Shown here: one piece after another, positions 26,076-37,199 of the stretch
How the letters are laid out: the number at the start of each line of letters is the position of its first letter
How positions within the stretch are numbered: position 1 is the first letter of the stretch
Assembly (NCBI GenBank): GCA_013265495.1
Contig: MU058009.1
Span: 3,055,780-3,119,779, forward strand
From: Vicugna vicugna
Taxonomy: Eukaryota
Length of the DNA stretch: 64,000 nt
Direction of reading: 5' to 3'
The notes under the pieces: model-generated
Seen by the model: the letters and a program-made list of their open reading frames with translations, nothing else
The model's database searches: none
Told to the model about the DNA's origin: nothing
Program-made: the position numbers and the translations under genes

Positions 26076-26230
26076 TTTGACTACAATATTGAATACAAAT
26101 GAAGCACTTATCACAGTGAAATACTTAGTAAAAGGCTTATGGCCTGGAACTTAGTGAGTACTCAGTTACTGATAATTATTGGCTAATCAGCGGAATTTTG
26201 AGCTCACTGGGTCAGGGATTGGCCACTGCA

Positions 26231-26252
26231 TGTGTGTGTGTGTGTGTGTGTG
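26231..26252. repeat. (TG)11 microsatellite
   Basis: Read directly from the sequence. Confidence 0.95.
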
Positions 26253-27539
26253 TATTCCTCTCCAAAGGTCCTGCACGGACAGGACCGTAAATGCTTAGAG
26301 CTCGCTGACCAACAATGACTTAGGAAGTAGGACTGTCAGCGGAGGAGAAGCGATGTCACTTGAGTTCATCGCTAGCTCAAGGCGTGTGACGGGGACATGG
26401 CTGGTGACGCCCAAAGCTCACTTTCCCAGAGGAGACTGGCCAGCTGGGTTAGAGTCTCAGGCTCTCCTAGGGGTGAAAGAGCCTGGGAAAGGCTGCGAGG
26501 GGAGCAAGAAGGTCATTACCAGTGGTAAAAGTTCTAGGATTTGGTTTCCCAAGAAGATGGAGAGAGTACAGGTTAACTGAGTTTCCAGACCTCAGTGCAA
26601 CCAGGGGACTTTCCTGACACTTGCAACCAGCCGTGAACTGGGGAGTCAAGGAAGCGGTCAGGAAGCAGGGGAGAAGCCGGCGTTTAACACCCTTTCTGGG
26701 AGGCAGTGTCCCAGAATGATTCTGGCATAGCCTTCCTCTCAGTCTTTGTAGGAAAAACTCTGGGGACTCAAAGGACCAAATATGGCGTGTTTGGACCCTG
26801 CATCTTCTAGCCTGGGTGATAGTCGTCCCGTAGTCACAGCTGCCATCTTCTCCCTGCAGTGCCCCCGTCCCCCGAGGAGGTGCGGGTCCGGGTCTGCCTC
26901 TGGGCTGTCCAGTCCAACCTGCACGTACTGTGTTTGGTCTGCTCTCCAGCTGAGGGGGCCCCTGTGGGGCCATTGCCCACAGGACAAGCTCCATTTTTGT
27001 CCAGTATGTGGACAGTGGGTCAAGCCAGAACACCCGGGCAACCCTGAATCATCCACCTGGGCAGGGAGGAGCAGGGGTGGCATCGCGAGGTCCACCTAGA
27101 AAGGACTGATGGTGCTTTGTTAACTGGCCTCCCCCGCCTTCAAATGCTAACAGCTAGAGGCAGTTAAAAGGACTTCTGAAAGGTTTATCTTGGGGTGGGT
27201 TTGAAAGCTCCTCTCCCTTGCTCTGTTTTTCTTTTTAGACAGCTTTGCACCAGGGGCAGGTCTCCTGCCAAAAGGCCTCGTAATGCCCCTCTTTGGGGAC
27301 TGAATTTATCCGCTCAGCTGTCCCTTGTAAATTTATTCCTGTGTGAGATTTTTCCCAAACCATTCATTCCTCCGCTTAGCTCAGGCAGCTGGAATGCAGG
27401 GGAAAAAAAATACATTTTTCTTCTTCTTTTCTTTTCTTTTTCTTTTTTTTCCCCCCAAGAATGTGCCTTTTGTGTGCCAGGAGGGGCTGGGCTGAAGGGA
27501 AAACAAAACAGACATGTACCTTGATGCACACGCAAACCC

Positions 27540-27870
27540 GGGTGTGAACAGCCTCGCCGAGGCACAGGGGCGGCCCTGAGCTGGGGAGGGTGGCACGGGG
27601 CCCTGGGGGCCGGTGAGAAGGCGTCTGCAATGTGGGCCTCGGGTCTGCAGCCTGGGCCGGCCGGCCGGCCGGCCAGAGAAACACCTCACCGGGTGTTTCC
27701 ATGGCAACATCACAGTTTCACTGGAATGGAAAGCCTCGTGCTTTGGAGCCAGGAGTGGCTCTCCAGCTGCACGTGTGCACCATGCCGGCCCGCGGGGAGG
27801 AGGAGGAGGGTGTTGGGAACTTTTACTTTATTTTTCCTTGAGTGATTATGGCCTCCGAGGCAGGTGAGGG
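27540..27870 (+). promoter_or_regulatory. CpG-rich promoter-like patch with RFX X-box
   Basis: X-box GTTTCCATGGCAAC at 27695-27708, (GGCC)5 at 27655-27674, E-box CACGTG near 27770, upstream T-rich tract 27415-27450, and a donor at 27863/27864. Confidence 0.6.
27848..27863 (+). CDS. Candidate first coding mini-exon (MASEA+G, phase 1)
   Basis: attATGG Kozak context and CAG|GTGAGG donor, about 140 bp downstream of the X-box. Unconfirmed. Confidence 0.4.
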
Positions 27871-29204
27871 CTGTGGACCGGCTGGAGGTGACATATGTGC
27901 TTAAAGAATTTGGGTTGCCTTAGGGACAGTGAGAATTTTCCTGCAAGGCATGTCTCTGGGGAGGCCCTGCATCTTGAACAAACAGAAAGGCATGCTGGCG
28001 GGAGCAGGCACATGAGCCGCTGGCCTGCCGCCCTCTGCACTCCCACGGTGCTCCTCCTCCCAGGGTGCCCCAGCGCTGGGGGACAGTGGAAAATTCAGCA
28101 GCTGTGGCAGAAGAGTCAGGGCAGAGTTTGCCCCATTTTCTAGAAAGGACTCGCCTTTCTAGAAAGGAGTGGAGAGTCTGAAGTGAGCATCAGGTAGAGG
28201 TCCAGGCTGCGTGCCGTTCTCACTTCAGTCAGAGCAGGCAGAGGGGCCCTCGCGCCCCAGAGCTGGGTTCCTGTCTGTGCCCATGGCTCTTTGTGAGGGT
28301 TTCTGCGAGAACAGCTGTCCGGGAGCACACAGGCCCCTACCCTGGTGGGGACTGTGGTTTCCTCTTATGGGCTGGCAGATCATTTTTAGAATCAACGCGC
28401 CTACTCCATCTTTTTCTGCCGGCAGAATGTGTGTGCGTTTTGGATGCAGGTGCCTCTTCTGCCCCTGCAGCACCAGGAAAAGAGTGGGGGCTTGCAGTGT
28501 TGTGCTGATTTTTCTCACATTCTCAAGGGTTCTGCCACCAGTCTGGGGGGCTGAGCTAGCTTGTGTGGCTATGGTTTTAGGGAAGGATCCCTTCTTCTGT
28601 TGTATGCTTGGGGGCCCCCTCACCCTTGTCTGCAGGTGGGCTGATGGGGCCCACATGACTGAATACCTGTCCAGGAAGAGGCAAGATAGAAATAGAAGAG
28701 GAAGCCTGTGTCTTTAGGGAGATGACAGTCTGATGGGGAGTATGGTAGGGCCTGGAGGGCCACACAGATAGGGGAACAAGTCCGAGAGGGGCCAGGTACA
28801 GGCTTCTCAAGGTTCAAGGGGCATAACAAGCAGCTGGTCGTCCTGTTCAGTCAACGTGGATGCACTGAGGTTCTGCCTTTCTAACAGGCTCCAGGGCGAA
28901 GCCCGAGCTGCTGGCCCACTGCCTGCCCTTTGAGCAGCAAAGGCTAGAACACTCGTCCCGTGGGGCCAGGAAGGGGTTTCTGCACGATGGAGAATGGGAG
29001 AGCATTCTTCATACGACTTCCCTGCAGTTGCCTGCCGGCAGGGTTGTAGCTTTGCCTCCTCAAGCCTGTCTTTCCTGGTCTGGTCCTTCCACAAACACTA
29101 AGCAATTCAGACACCAGTGGTCAATTTCAGCGTGCCATGCTTTGGAACGGGTGAGTTTAAGGACCGCTGTAATCTGTTTCTGGAATTGCAATATCACTTA
29201 ACGG

Positions 29205-29345
29205 CTGAAGTTCCGCCCTTGACGTCAGACAGACCTGGACCTGAATCCTGGCTCCCCACTTCTACGGCTGTGCAGGCTTGGAGAAGCTACCTGTTCTCCA
29301 TCAACTTGATTTCCTCAGCTGTGAGCGCTGCATGTAATAACGTGC
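29205..29345 (+). mobile_element. MIR SINE
   Basis: 'gtcagacagacctggacctgaatcctggctccccacttc'. Confidence 0.7.
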
Positions 29346-29410
29346 AAGAAGCACCCTGTTTACACTAGCTGTTTATTACCGTTATTGGTTACGCAGCCGT
29401 TGATACGTAT

Positions 29411-29771
29411 CAGGCGTTCCAAGCTGGAGGCCTGGCAGGCCGAATCTGCGCTTCCCCCAGATCCAGAGGGGTTTTGTTTGGCCCGTGAAGGATTTTAAAT
29501 AACATTGACTTTGTTGCCAACATCTTAAAATTGGGAAATTTCACATAAAAATCCGAATCTGGGGCTTATGCTGAAAAATCATTAGCTCTGACAAACCTGG
29601 CATCCATTTCTTGCTTGGGAACAGGCGCCCAGCGGCGGGGCCGAGCGGGGGCCGGCGACGTTCCGCGGGGTCCACACCTCCAGTCTCCTGTCTGCCCCCA
29701 ACGCTCACTTGGGTTATCTCCTCCGGGTAGGTGCGTGCCCGCGGGTCCCCACACATGTAGCGTCCCTTCTG
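29411..29771. mobile_element. MER102-like hAT-Charlie DNA transposon
   Basis: 'gttttgtttggccc...gttgccaacatcttaaaattgggaaatttcacataaaaatcc' matches the recalled MER102 consensus. Confidence 0.7.
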
Positions 29772-31299
29772 ATTCTAGAATTCTAGTGATTTTGGCTCCC
29801 TCGTAGGTAGCAAGGGCTTCTGGAACTCAGCGAGCTAAGGGTTACCTTGGCAATGACGCACCTGCTGCTTAAACGAAAGAGCTTTGGGACTCCCTCCTTT
29901 GCCGTCCGTCCGCCAGAGCACCACCTCCACTGCTCCAGGGTCACCTCGGGGCCAGTGCCTGCTGGCTCCTCCCTCGTCCATCTCTAACCACTGGTCATCT
30001 CAGCAGCGTGTCCTCCTTCCCTCGCTGCATGGTCTAACGTGCTCCTGACCTTGGCCTTGCAGTTTGAGCAGGTGCTTCCCTTGCCCTGGTGCTGACGTCT
30101 GGGTGACATATGAGCACCATTACGCTTTTGCTGGACTCTTGCTTTTTTGTGTCTCTGGAGCTGTCTGGGCCTCGTGCCCATGAACTTTGCTCCTGGAGCT
30201 AATGGCCGTGCTGGACTCCATTCCTGGCTGTTGCCCAGAAGTGCTCCTGGTGCCCGTGTGGGAAGGGCCGTGATGGGAAGAGGCTCTGACTTGCTCTTTC
30301 TCTCCATCTCCTGGCTTTTAATTTCTTTACGGGCTGGAGGCGGAGCCACACAGGAGAGGAGGTGGAGGCACAGGGTAAAGATGATAGCCCTGAGCCTTTG
30401 ACACTTCTCTTCCCAAGCTTTTCTGCGGACCCACAAGTTCATGGAAGTTCCATGAGTGCTGAGGCCCCAGGCAGGTCCCATAAAGTGCATGAGCCCCAGG
30501 GAGGCGCTGGGCCTGGGTGCGGGCGGTTCCCGGGAGCTGAGGTCTGGGAGGGACCGGTCTGTGGGTGGACTGGCTTCTCTGGCCCGTAGTGAATAACCCC
30601 ACGTGAGTTCTGGTCTCCTCCTCACCCCTCACAGGCTCCCACCCTGGGAGTGGGGATTTTCAGTGTTCCTGCGGCCGTTGGCTCTCTGAACAGTGAGAAG
30701 GAGGGGGTGGCCGTCGTTAGGAAAGTGACTGTAATGACTATCAAATTCTCCAACTTCGGGGACAAAAGCTCGGTGAATTTTAGTTTTGTAGGTTTGTGTG
30801 CAGTGGTGGGTCAGGGACTTGATAAAAGACGTTTGACATCACTGCCATCACCTCTAGAAAGTGGGAACAGAGCAAGAGTGTTGTCAGCAGAACCGAGCAA
30901 AAGAGCCGTGCCCGCAGGACCAAGCTTGCTAGCCAAGTTCCTTCAACCAACTTACCAGGAGAGAAAGAGACAGCCCCAAACCACATTTTATTTTCTAGAA
31001 TTTGGACGGCCTTTAGGTGATCCACTCATGTTCAGTGATCTAAAGACAGCTTGCCTGGAGCAGAGGTCGGGGGTATGTACCCCGCACGTCTGGGCATGAG
31101 TGGTCTTGTCCTCTCCAGGTGTCCAGCTGTCCGGCATCGTGCAGACAGGCCTCCAGGTGGCTGATGGGATTTGAACCCAGTGGCCTGAAGCTGACCCATG
31201 AAGGGGGCTCGCATCCCTCATGGCCCCAGGACACGGCAGGTAGGGCCTGGAGCTCCCGCCGAGGACAGGTTCCTTTGCACTCAGGGCCGGGTCCTTTTC

Positions 31300-31425
31300 C
31301 ACTACGAGTCTGCACAGGCATCACCTGATTGCTCTGTCAATGCAGATCCCCTGCGTCAGAGCCTGGAAGGGAGCCGGGACTGCATTTTAACAAGCGCCCG
31401 GTGACTCTGAGCTTCAGAACCACCC
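31300..31425. mobile_element. MER5A-like DNA transposon fragment
   Basis: 'atcacctg...aatgcagat...ctgcattttaacaagc...ggtgactctg...agaaccac'. Confidence 0.65.
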
Positions 31426-32365
31426 GTCTCACACGTGGACTTTAAAAACTCATGCAGAGAATGTTTCTCATTCCACGATTTAAAACATTCTTTAATAGTA
31501 TCTCTGCTTAGAGTGGAGAAGTTCCAGGAACCTACGTGCCAAGCCCTGGAGGGGACAGGATGTAGGCTTCCTCAGCGCCCGTACAGCCTCGGGTCCGGCA
31601 GTCCAGCCCTCGTTACCTGGACGCCTGCTGGGAGGGAGCTTCTATGGCCTACACTCCGTGTCCTTCCCGTGAGGTACGAATTGTTTTCTTTAAAAGCTTG
31701 ACCCGAACACCCCCCGGTTCCAGGTGGAACACATTTTCACTTAAAACCATCAAATGTTGGCTCTAAAGGGAATTTAGAGATCTATTCCAGAGCCCTCAGT
31801 TTTATAAATGAGAAATAATAGGTTAGGAATGGATAAAAAAAAAGGCTGCGATGATAAATTCCTGAATCCCCATTCAAGGAGTTTCATGGAGAGAGGGACT
31901 TCAGCAGAGAGCCATCAATGAGGAACAGAATCAGTCTCCGCAAATCCAGCTGTTGCCTGGGGAGGCATGACCTCTAGTTTCCTGAGAGTCCTTTTAAAGG
32001 GGGATGCCCGCCAGGCAGGGGCTTGGAAACCCCGTCCTTCTCAGGCTTTCCCGTTGGCTCAGAGAGGACAGCTGACCCAGCCCCACCACCCGAGCAGGCT
32101 CCTCACCCAGGGACGCACCAGCCCCTGACTTGCCTTCGGTACCGTTTATTCTGCCAGCGTCATGTGCCAGTTCCGTGCCGGGCTCTCCCCTAGGCCCTGG
32201 GCTATGCCATTCCCAGGGTAGATGGGAGCTACTCTCACAGAACTACCATCACTCTCATTCTGAGCTTATTAAATTCTCTTTCTGTGTTTTTAACTGCCCT
32301 ATTTTTGCCTTGAGAGAAAATTGTGCTGCTTGGATTTTTTTAATCTGGCCTCTTATCAATTTCTA

Positions 32366-32585
32366 TTTTTTAAATTAAAGTATAGCTGATTTACAATGTT
32401 GTGTTAGTTTCTGGTGTACAGCGTAGTGATTCAGTTTTTTATATATATATATTCTTTTCCATCGTAGGTTATTACAAGCTATTGAATGTAGCTCCCTGTG
32501 CTTTTCAGTAGGACCTTGTGGTTTATCTATTTTATATATGGTGGTTTGTGTCTGCTAATCCCAAACTCCTAATTTACCCCTCCTG
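32366..32585 (-). mobile_element. Artiodactyl-type L1 3' UTR fragment
   Basis: 'aagtatagctgatttacaatgttgtgttagtttctggtgtacagc...cagtaggaccttg...ctaatcccaaactcctaattta'. Confidence 0.85.
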
Positions 32586-33479
32586 CTAATGATTAATGAA
32601 TCAGATCAACTTGTGACATGTATTCATTTCATATTTGCACGAGAGTCACGATGTCACCTCTTGGAGAATGGCCTTTGCGTCGCCTCTTCTTCTGAAGCTG
32701 TGTTAGTCTCCTACCTTCACCGGGTTCCCCGTTCCCTCTCCCCTGCTGCTCCCCGGGCCCCTTCCTGCACAAGCCGGTTGGTGGCACAGCACGCCTGTCT
32801 GCTCACTGTGTGTGGAGGGAGGTGGTATTTAGAACGTGGCACTGGGGATACCAACACATCGGGAACAATCCGTTGAGGCTTCCCTTTGCCAGGTTGTCCC
32901 AGGGTCCGGGGTTGCCGACTTGCGAACCAGGGACTCGCTCTGAATGGAAACCCTGTACAGCGGAGAGCAGCTCCCTCCTGCCCCGGAAACCTACCTGGCA
33001 CTTTCTTCCACCCACTTTTCATGTATCGATGGGAACCTGGACTTCACCTCCGTAGGGGTTTCCTGAAACATTATCCACTCCGACCTCGCAAGGTTGCCAG
33101 GTGGGATGGAGGGAAAACAAAGGGGGCTCTTGAAGCCTCGGGAGCTGGCCTTAAATCCTGACACTCCTGGGGTGTGGAAAGGGCTGAGGGGCAGGGTGAG
33201 GTGAAGCGCTAACAGTCTGCGGCTTGTCAGGAAAGGAGCAAGGGGATTATTCCACGTCAGCGCTGACCGACCTTGGGCAGCCTGTGACCGCATAATTGCC
33301 CTGTAAAATGGCACAGAAAAGCAGTGTCTGTGAAATCGGCAGACGGCTGGGGACCAGGAGCCGCCCCACCTCTGGCAGAGCCGCGAGCTGCACGTGGAGG
33401 TGCCGGGGGAGGAGCCCGGTCACCAGTGTCTGTGCCCCGTCTGGTGCGTCTTCCCTTGCTCCGTCAGGGTAGCGCCCAC

Positions 33480-33690
33480 AGCGCATTCCTTGTTCCAGGT
33501 CAAGTACTCAGTGCTTTGTATGCGTCTCTCACTCAATCTTCAGGCCACTTATGGCAAGAGGTATCGCTATTATTACCAGAGAAGTGATCACGGAGCCTCA
33601 GAGAGGTTAAGCAGTTTACTCACAGTCACACAGCTGGCAAGGGACAGAGATGGCTCTCGAACCCTGATCTGTTGGGCGCCCAAGCACTTT
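33480..33690 (-). mobile_element. MIR SINE
   Basis: 'ctcagagaggttaagcagtttactcacagtcacacagctggcaagggacagaga'. Confidence 0.75.
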
Positions 33691-34241
33691 ATTGCTATCT
33701 TAGACTCGCCCCTCCAGGTTAGATTGTGAGCCAGGGGTTTAACCAGGGGAGGAAGGAACTGCCAAGCTCTTCCCTTTTGCAGGGTTGAATTTGCGGTGCG
33801 ACCGTGAGCTTCATGGGAGCAGAAGCTCAGGCCTTACACTGCTGCGTGTGCCCTCAGGCCCCAGCAGTGCCTGGCGTGCAGGGAGAGGACCGGAGCGATG
33901 CCACCGCTGTGGACTTTCCTTCGGATGGACAGACTTCTGTTAGGGGCTTGGAAAAAAGCCACCATCTCAAGATGCTCTGTGATGCTCGAAACAGCCCGAG
34001 AAATTCGCTTTGGAAATTGCTGTCTGCGCCTCAGGCACACAAATACGGTTTTATACACACCCTCAGCCGTGGCGAGCCTAGCCCTTGGAGGCTGGCTTTA
34101 AAGGCGTTAGAAACCCCACGGCTGGGCGGTGGAGGGCCAGTGTCACATGTTCAGTTTTGTTTCACAACAGGCTGGTGCGGGGGTAAAGCAGAGGGGCCGG
34201 TGGCCGTGAAGGGCCCACCCCGCAGCTCCTCATGCAAGAGG

Positions 34242-34865
34242 ATTTTTTTCTTTCTTTTTCTTCTTGATTGAAGTTGCAGTAATTCCTGGTGTACAGCATA
34301 GTGACTCAGTTATACATCCATATATACTGCTTTTCAGGTTCTGTTTCATTACAGGCCGTTACAAGATATGAATGTAGCTCCCTGTGCTGTACGGTAGGAC
34401 CTTGCTGTTTATCAGTTTTATATACAGTAGTGTGTATCTGCGACCCCAAACTCCGAATTTATCCCTCCCTTACTTCCCACTTCAGTAACCATAAGTTTGT
34501 TTTCTGTCTGTGAGTCTGCTTCTGTTTTGTCAATAAGTTCATTTGTCTTTTCTTAGATCCCACATACAAGTGATATCATATGGCATTTTTCTTTCTCTTT
34601 CTGGCTTACTTCACTTAGAATGACGACCTCCAGGTCCATCCGTTGCTGCAAATGGCACTATTTCATTCTTTTCTACGACTCAGTATATTCCGTTGCATAA
34701 ATATGCCACAGCTTCTTTATCCAGTCATCTGTCGGTGGACATTTAGGCTGCTTCCGTGTCTTGGCCACTGTAAACAGCGCTGCTGTGGACACTGGGGCGC
34801 AGGCGTCTTCTGGAATTCGAGTTCCCTCGGGATACGTGCCCAGGAGCGGGGCAGTCGCGTTCTCG
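34242..34865 (-). mobile_element. Artiodactyl-type L1 3' end
   Basis: T tail, 'aaccataagtttgttttctgtctgtgagtctg' and 'ttagatcccacatacaagtgatatcatatgg'. Confidence 0.9.
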
Positions 34866-35777
34866 CCAGCCCTGAGGGTGGTCCTGACGTGACCCTACCT
34901 CTGACGTGTGGACGTCTGAGAACGCTGCTCCGTGTCCGGTGTGTCACCATCTCGGAAACCCCCACAGTGCCGATGATGCTTTTCCATCTGAGTGGGGTGA
35001 TGCGTCTTCTCGGTGCTCCTCCCCACGCTCCGTGCTTTTTCCACCTGCCAGGTTTCCGTTTGTTGCTCCAGGTCCTGCCCGATCGTCACGCCTCTGTGAC
35101 GTGTTCTCTGTTTTTCAGTCAGAATGCCTCGCTCTCACCCTGGAGTCTTCACTGGCTCTGCCCCTGGAGTCTTGAGATGCGTTTGCTTCTGCCTTATTGT
35201 TTGTCTTCCCCACTGGACTGTGAGCTCCGGGAGAACGGTGTCAGAAATGTTTTTGTCCCAGAATCCACGGTCTGCCATAGAATAAGCATTTTCTGAATTG
35301 ACTTGGGTCAATGCACTATTTCACATGCATTGTCAGGACAGGGCGAGGTCTGTCCTGGATGGAGAACCAGGCCAGAGACCTGTCGCATCCCACTCTTCAG
35401 GAACTTGTTGTCCCACGGCAAGTGCTCCATAGTTCCCCTCTTGCACTGGGCTCACCCCATGCTGGGTAGCTTAATTTTAGAGACATACCTAGAATGGCTA
35501 AAGAGCTCAGTTTCTCAAAAGATGGGGTATCAGGGGAGAACAGAAGAGAGGGCAGGTCTTCAGATGGTCAGAAAGGTGGTGATTGGAAAGACTCAGGACT
35601 CCTGTGCTAACAAAACAAGCAGGGGCTGTCATACCCCTACCCCAGGCCCTCAATGGAAAAACAAAGGCCTGTAGTTTTTGATCTGCTGGGCCAGCCAATG
35701 GGGTATCAGTGTGGACATGGCAAAACACTTCTGGCCGTGAAGATGTTAATGAACATTTGATCTTTTTTTTCACTGCC

Positions 35778-36144
35778 TGTAATGAGCTGAATTGTGCTCC
35801 CTAAAAATCTATACGTTGAAACCCTAACCTCTGATGTGACTGTATTTGGAGATAGGATAATTAAGGTTAAATGAGATCGTAAGGCTGGGCCCTGATCCTA
35901 TAGGACTGGCGTCCTCATTAGAAGAGGACGAGACACTAGGGTGCACCCAAACAGAGACAAGGCAGCAAGAGGACAGAGCAAGAAGACGGTGCCTGCACGC
36001 CAAGGAGAGAGGCCTTGGGAGACACCAGCCCTGGCGACACCTTGATCTTGGACTTCCAGCCTCCGGGCTGTGAGGAGTGGATGTCTGTTGATTAAGCTGC
36101 CCAGTCTGTGATAGTTGTTACAGCAGCCCGAGCTGCCTAGGGCA
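35778..36144 (+). mobile_element. MLT1A-like MaLR solo LTR
   Basis: TG...CA termini, 'gtgactgtatttggagatagg' and 'caccttgatcttggacttccagcctcc'. Confidence 0.85.
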
Positions 36145-37006
36145 CGGCTGCTTTCATTTCTCCCCCCATCCTTTTCTTTTCCTGATTCTTACAGTCCCAC
36201 CTGCTCAGTCTCCATCTTTCATTATTTTATGTTCTTTATTTCTTTGTAAAAACAACAACAAACATGACAAAAGAGTGGGAACTAATTCAGAGACTGATTT
36301 TGAATTTTATTGGGTAGCTTAGGATCAGTGAACTGGAAGTTGTGGTTGCCAGGGTAACAAATCTTCCATCTGAAACCATGTTTTCCACACTTGCATTCCA
36401 TTAGAGCGCATATAAATATATATATATATATATGTGCTCACAATTGCATGTCGTTTTGTAAGTCTTATGGGTCCGCCCCTCCTGATATGATTCTGGCTTT
36501 CACTCAGTTCTGGCGTGACTGGAGACTAAATTATTAAAGAATTTAAGTGCATTCAACCCTTCTTGACTTAAGTTAGGGGCATATTTCCCGTTCTGTCTCC
36601 AATGTCTTCCCTCCACCCAAAAACTGCAAGCCCCAGAAACACGGCCTCTGGAGGGAAATCAAGAAATCCTTTGCAATGCTTTTAGCATGACTGTTTCAGT
36701 GATCTCTGGAATAGATATTGCTTGTTACACAAGTGGGGAAAATACGAGGATACATGCAACAAAAATAGAATTACTTCAGAATGAAGAGGAGATACAACTT
36801 CAACGAAATCCAATTTCATTTAGCCAATTGCTAATTTTATCCTAGTATGTGCTAGGGCTAGAGATTACCTCCTGGCCCCCTAGAATAACGAACCAGAGAA
36901 ACAATAATGCTGAGGACAATGACAATTTAATTTTCTTTTACTTTACCTTATATAGTTTTATCATCTAGAGATGATACTATGAAAGTCTTGAGGAATTAAT
37001 ATTCTT

Positions 37007-37091
37007 TTTTTTCATCTTCATCACCAATTTTTTTTTAATTGAGTTGTAGTCATTTTACAATGTTGTGTCAAATTCCAGTGTAGAGCACAAT
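37007..37091 (-). mobile_element. Very short 5'-truncated young L1 with 19-bp TSD
   Basis: TSD ttgaggaat(t/c)aatattctt at 36988-37006 and 37092-37110, flanking the L1 terminus 'aattgagttgtagtcattttacaatgttgtgtcaaattccagtgtagagcacaa'. Confidence 0.85.
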
Positions 37092-37199
37092 TTGAGGAAT
37101 CAATATTCTTGATTCAGTTTTACAGATGAGGAAAAAGAAAAATCAGAGGAGGCATGAGATTTGCTTGATGTAGCAGATAGTCAGTAAATGTAACCTTTG

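Noticed and set aside
29984..30625. 213-aa minus-strand ORF (and the similar 209-210 aa ORFs at 18086-19065)
   Set aside because: No recognisable domain, overlapping ORFs on both strands, and Arg/Pro/Gly/Ser-rich composition typical of chance ORFs in GC-rich DNA.
34643..35296. 217-aa ORF
   Set aside because: Starts in antisense L1 sequence and runs into an L2 remnant. The local GC shift has probably removed stop codons.
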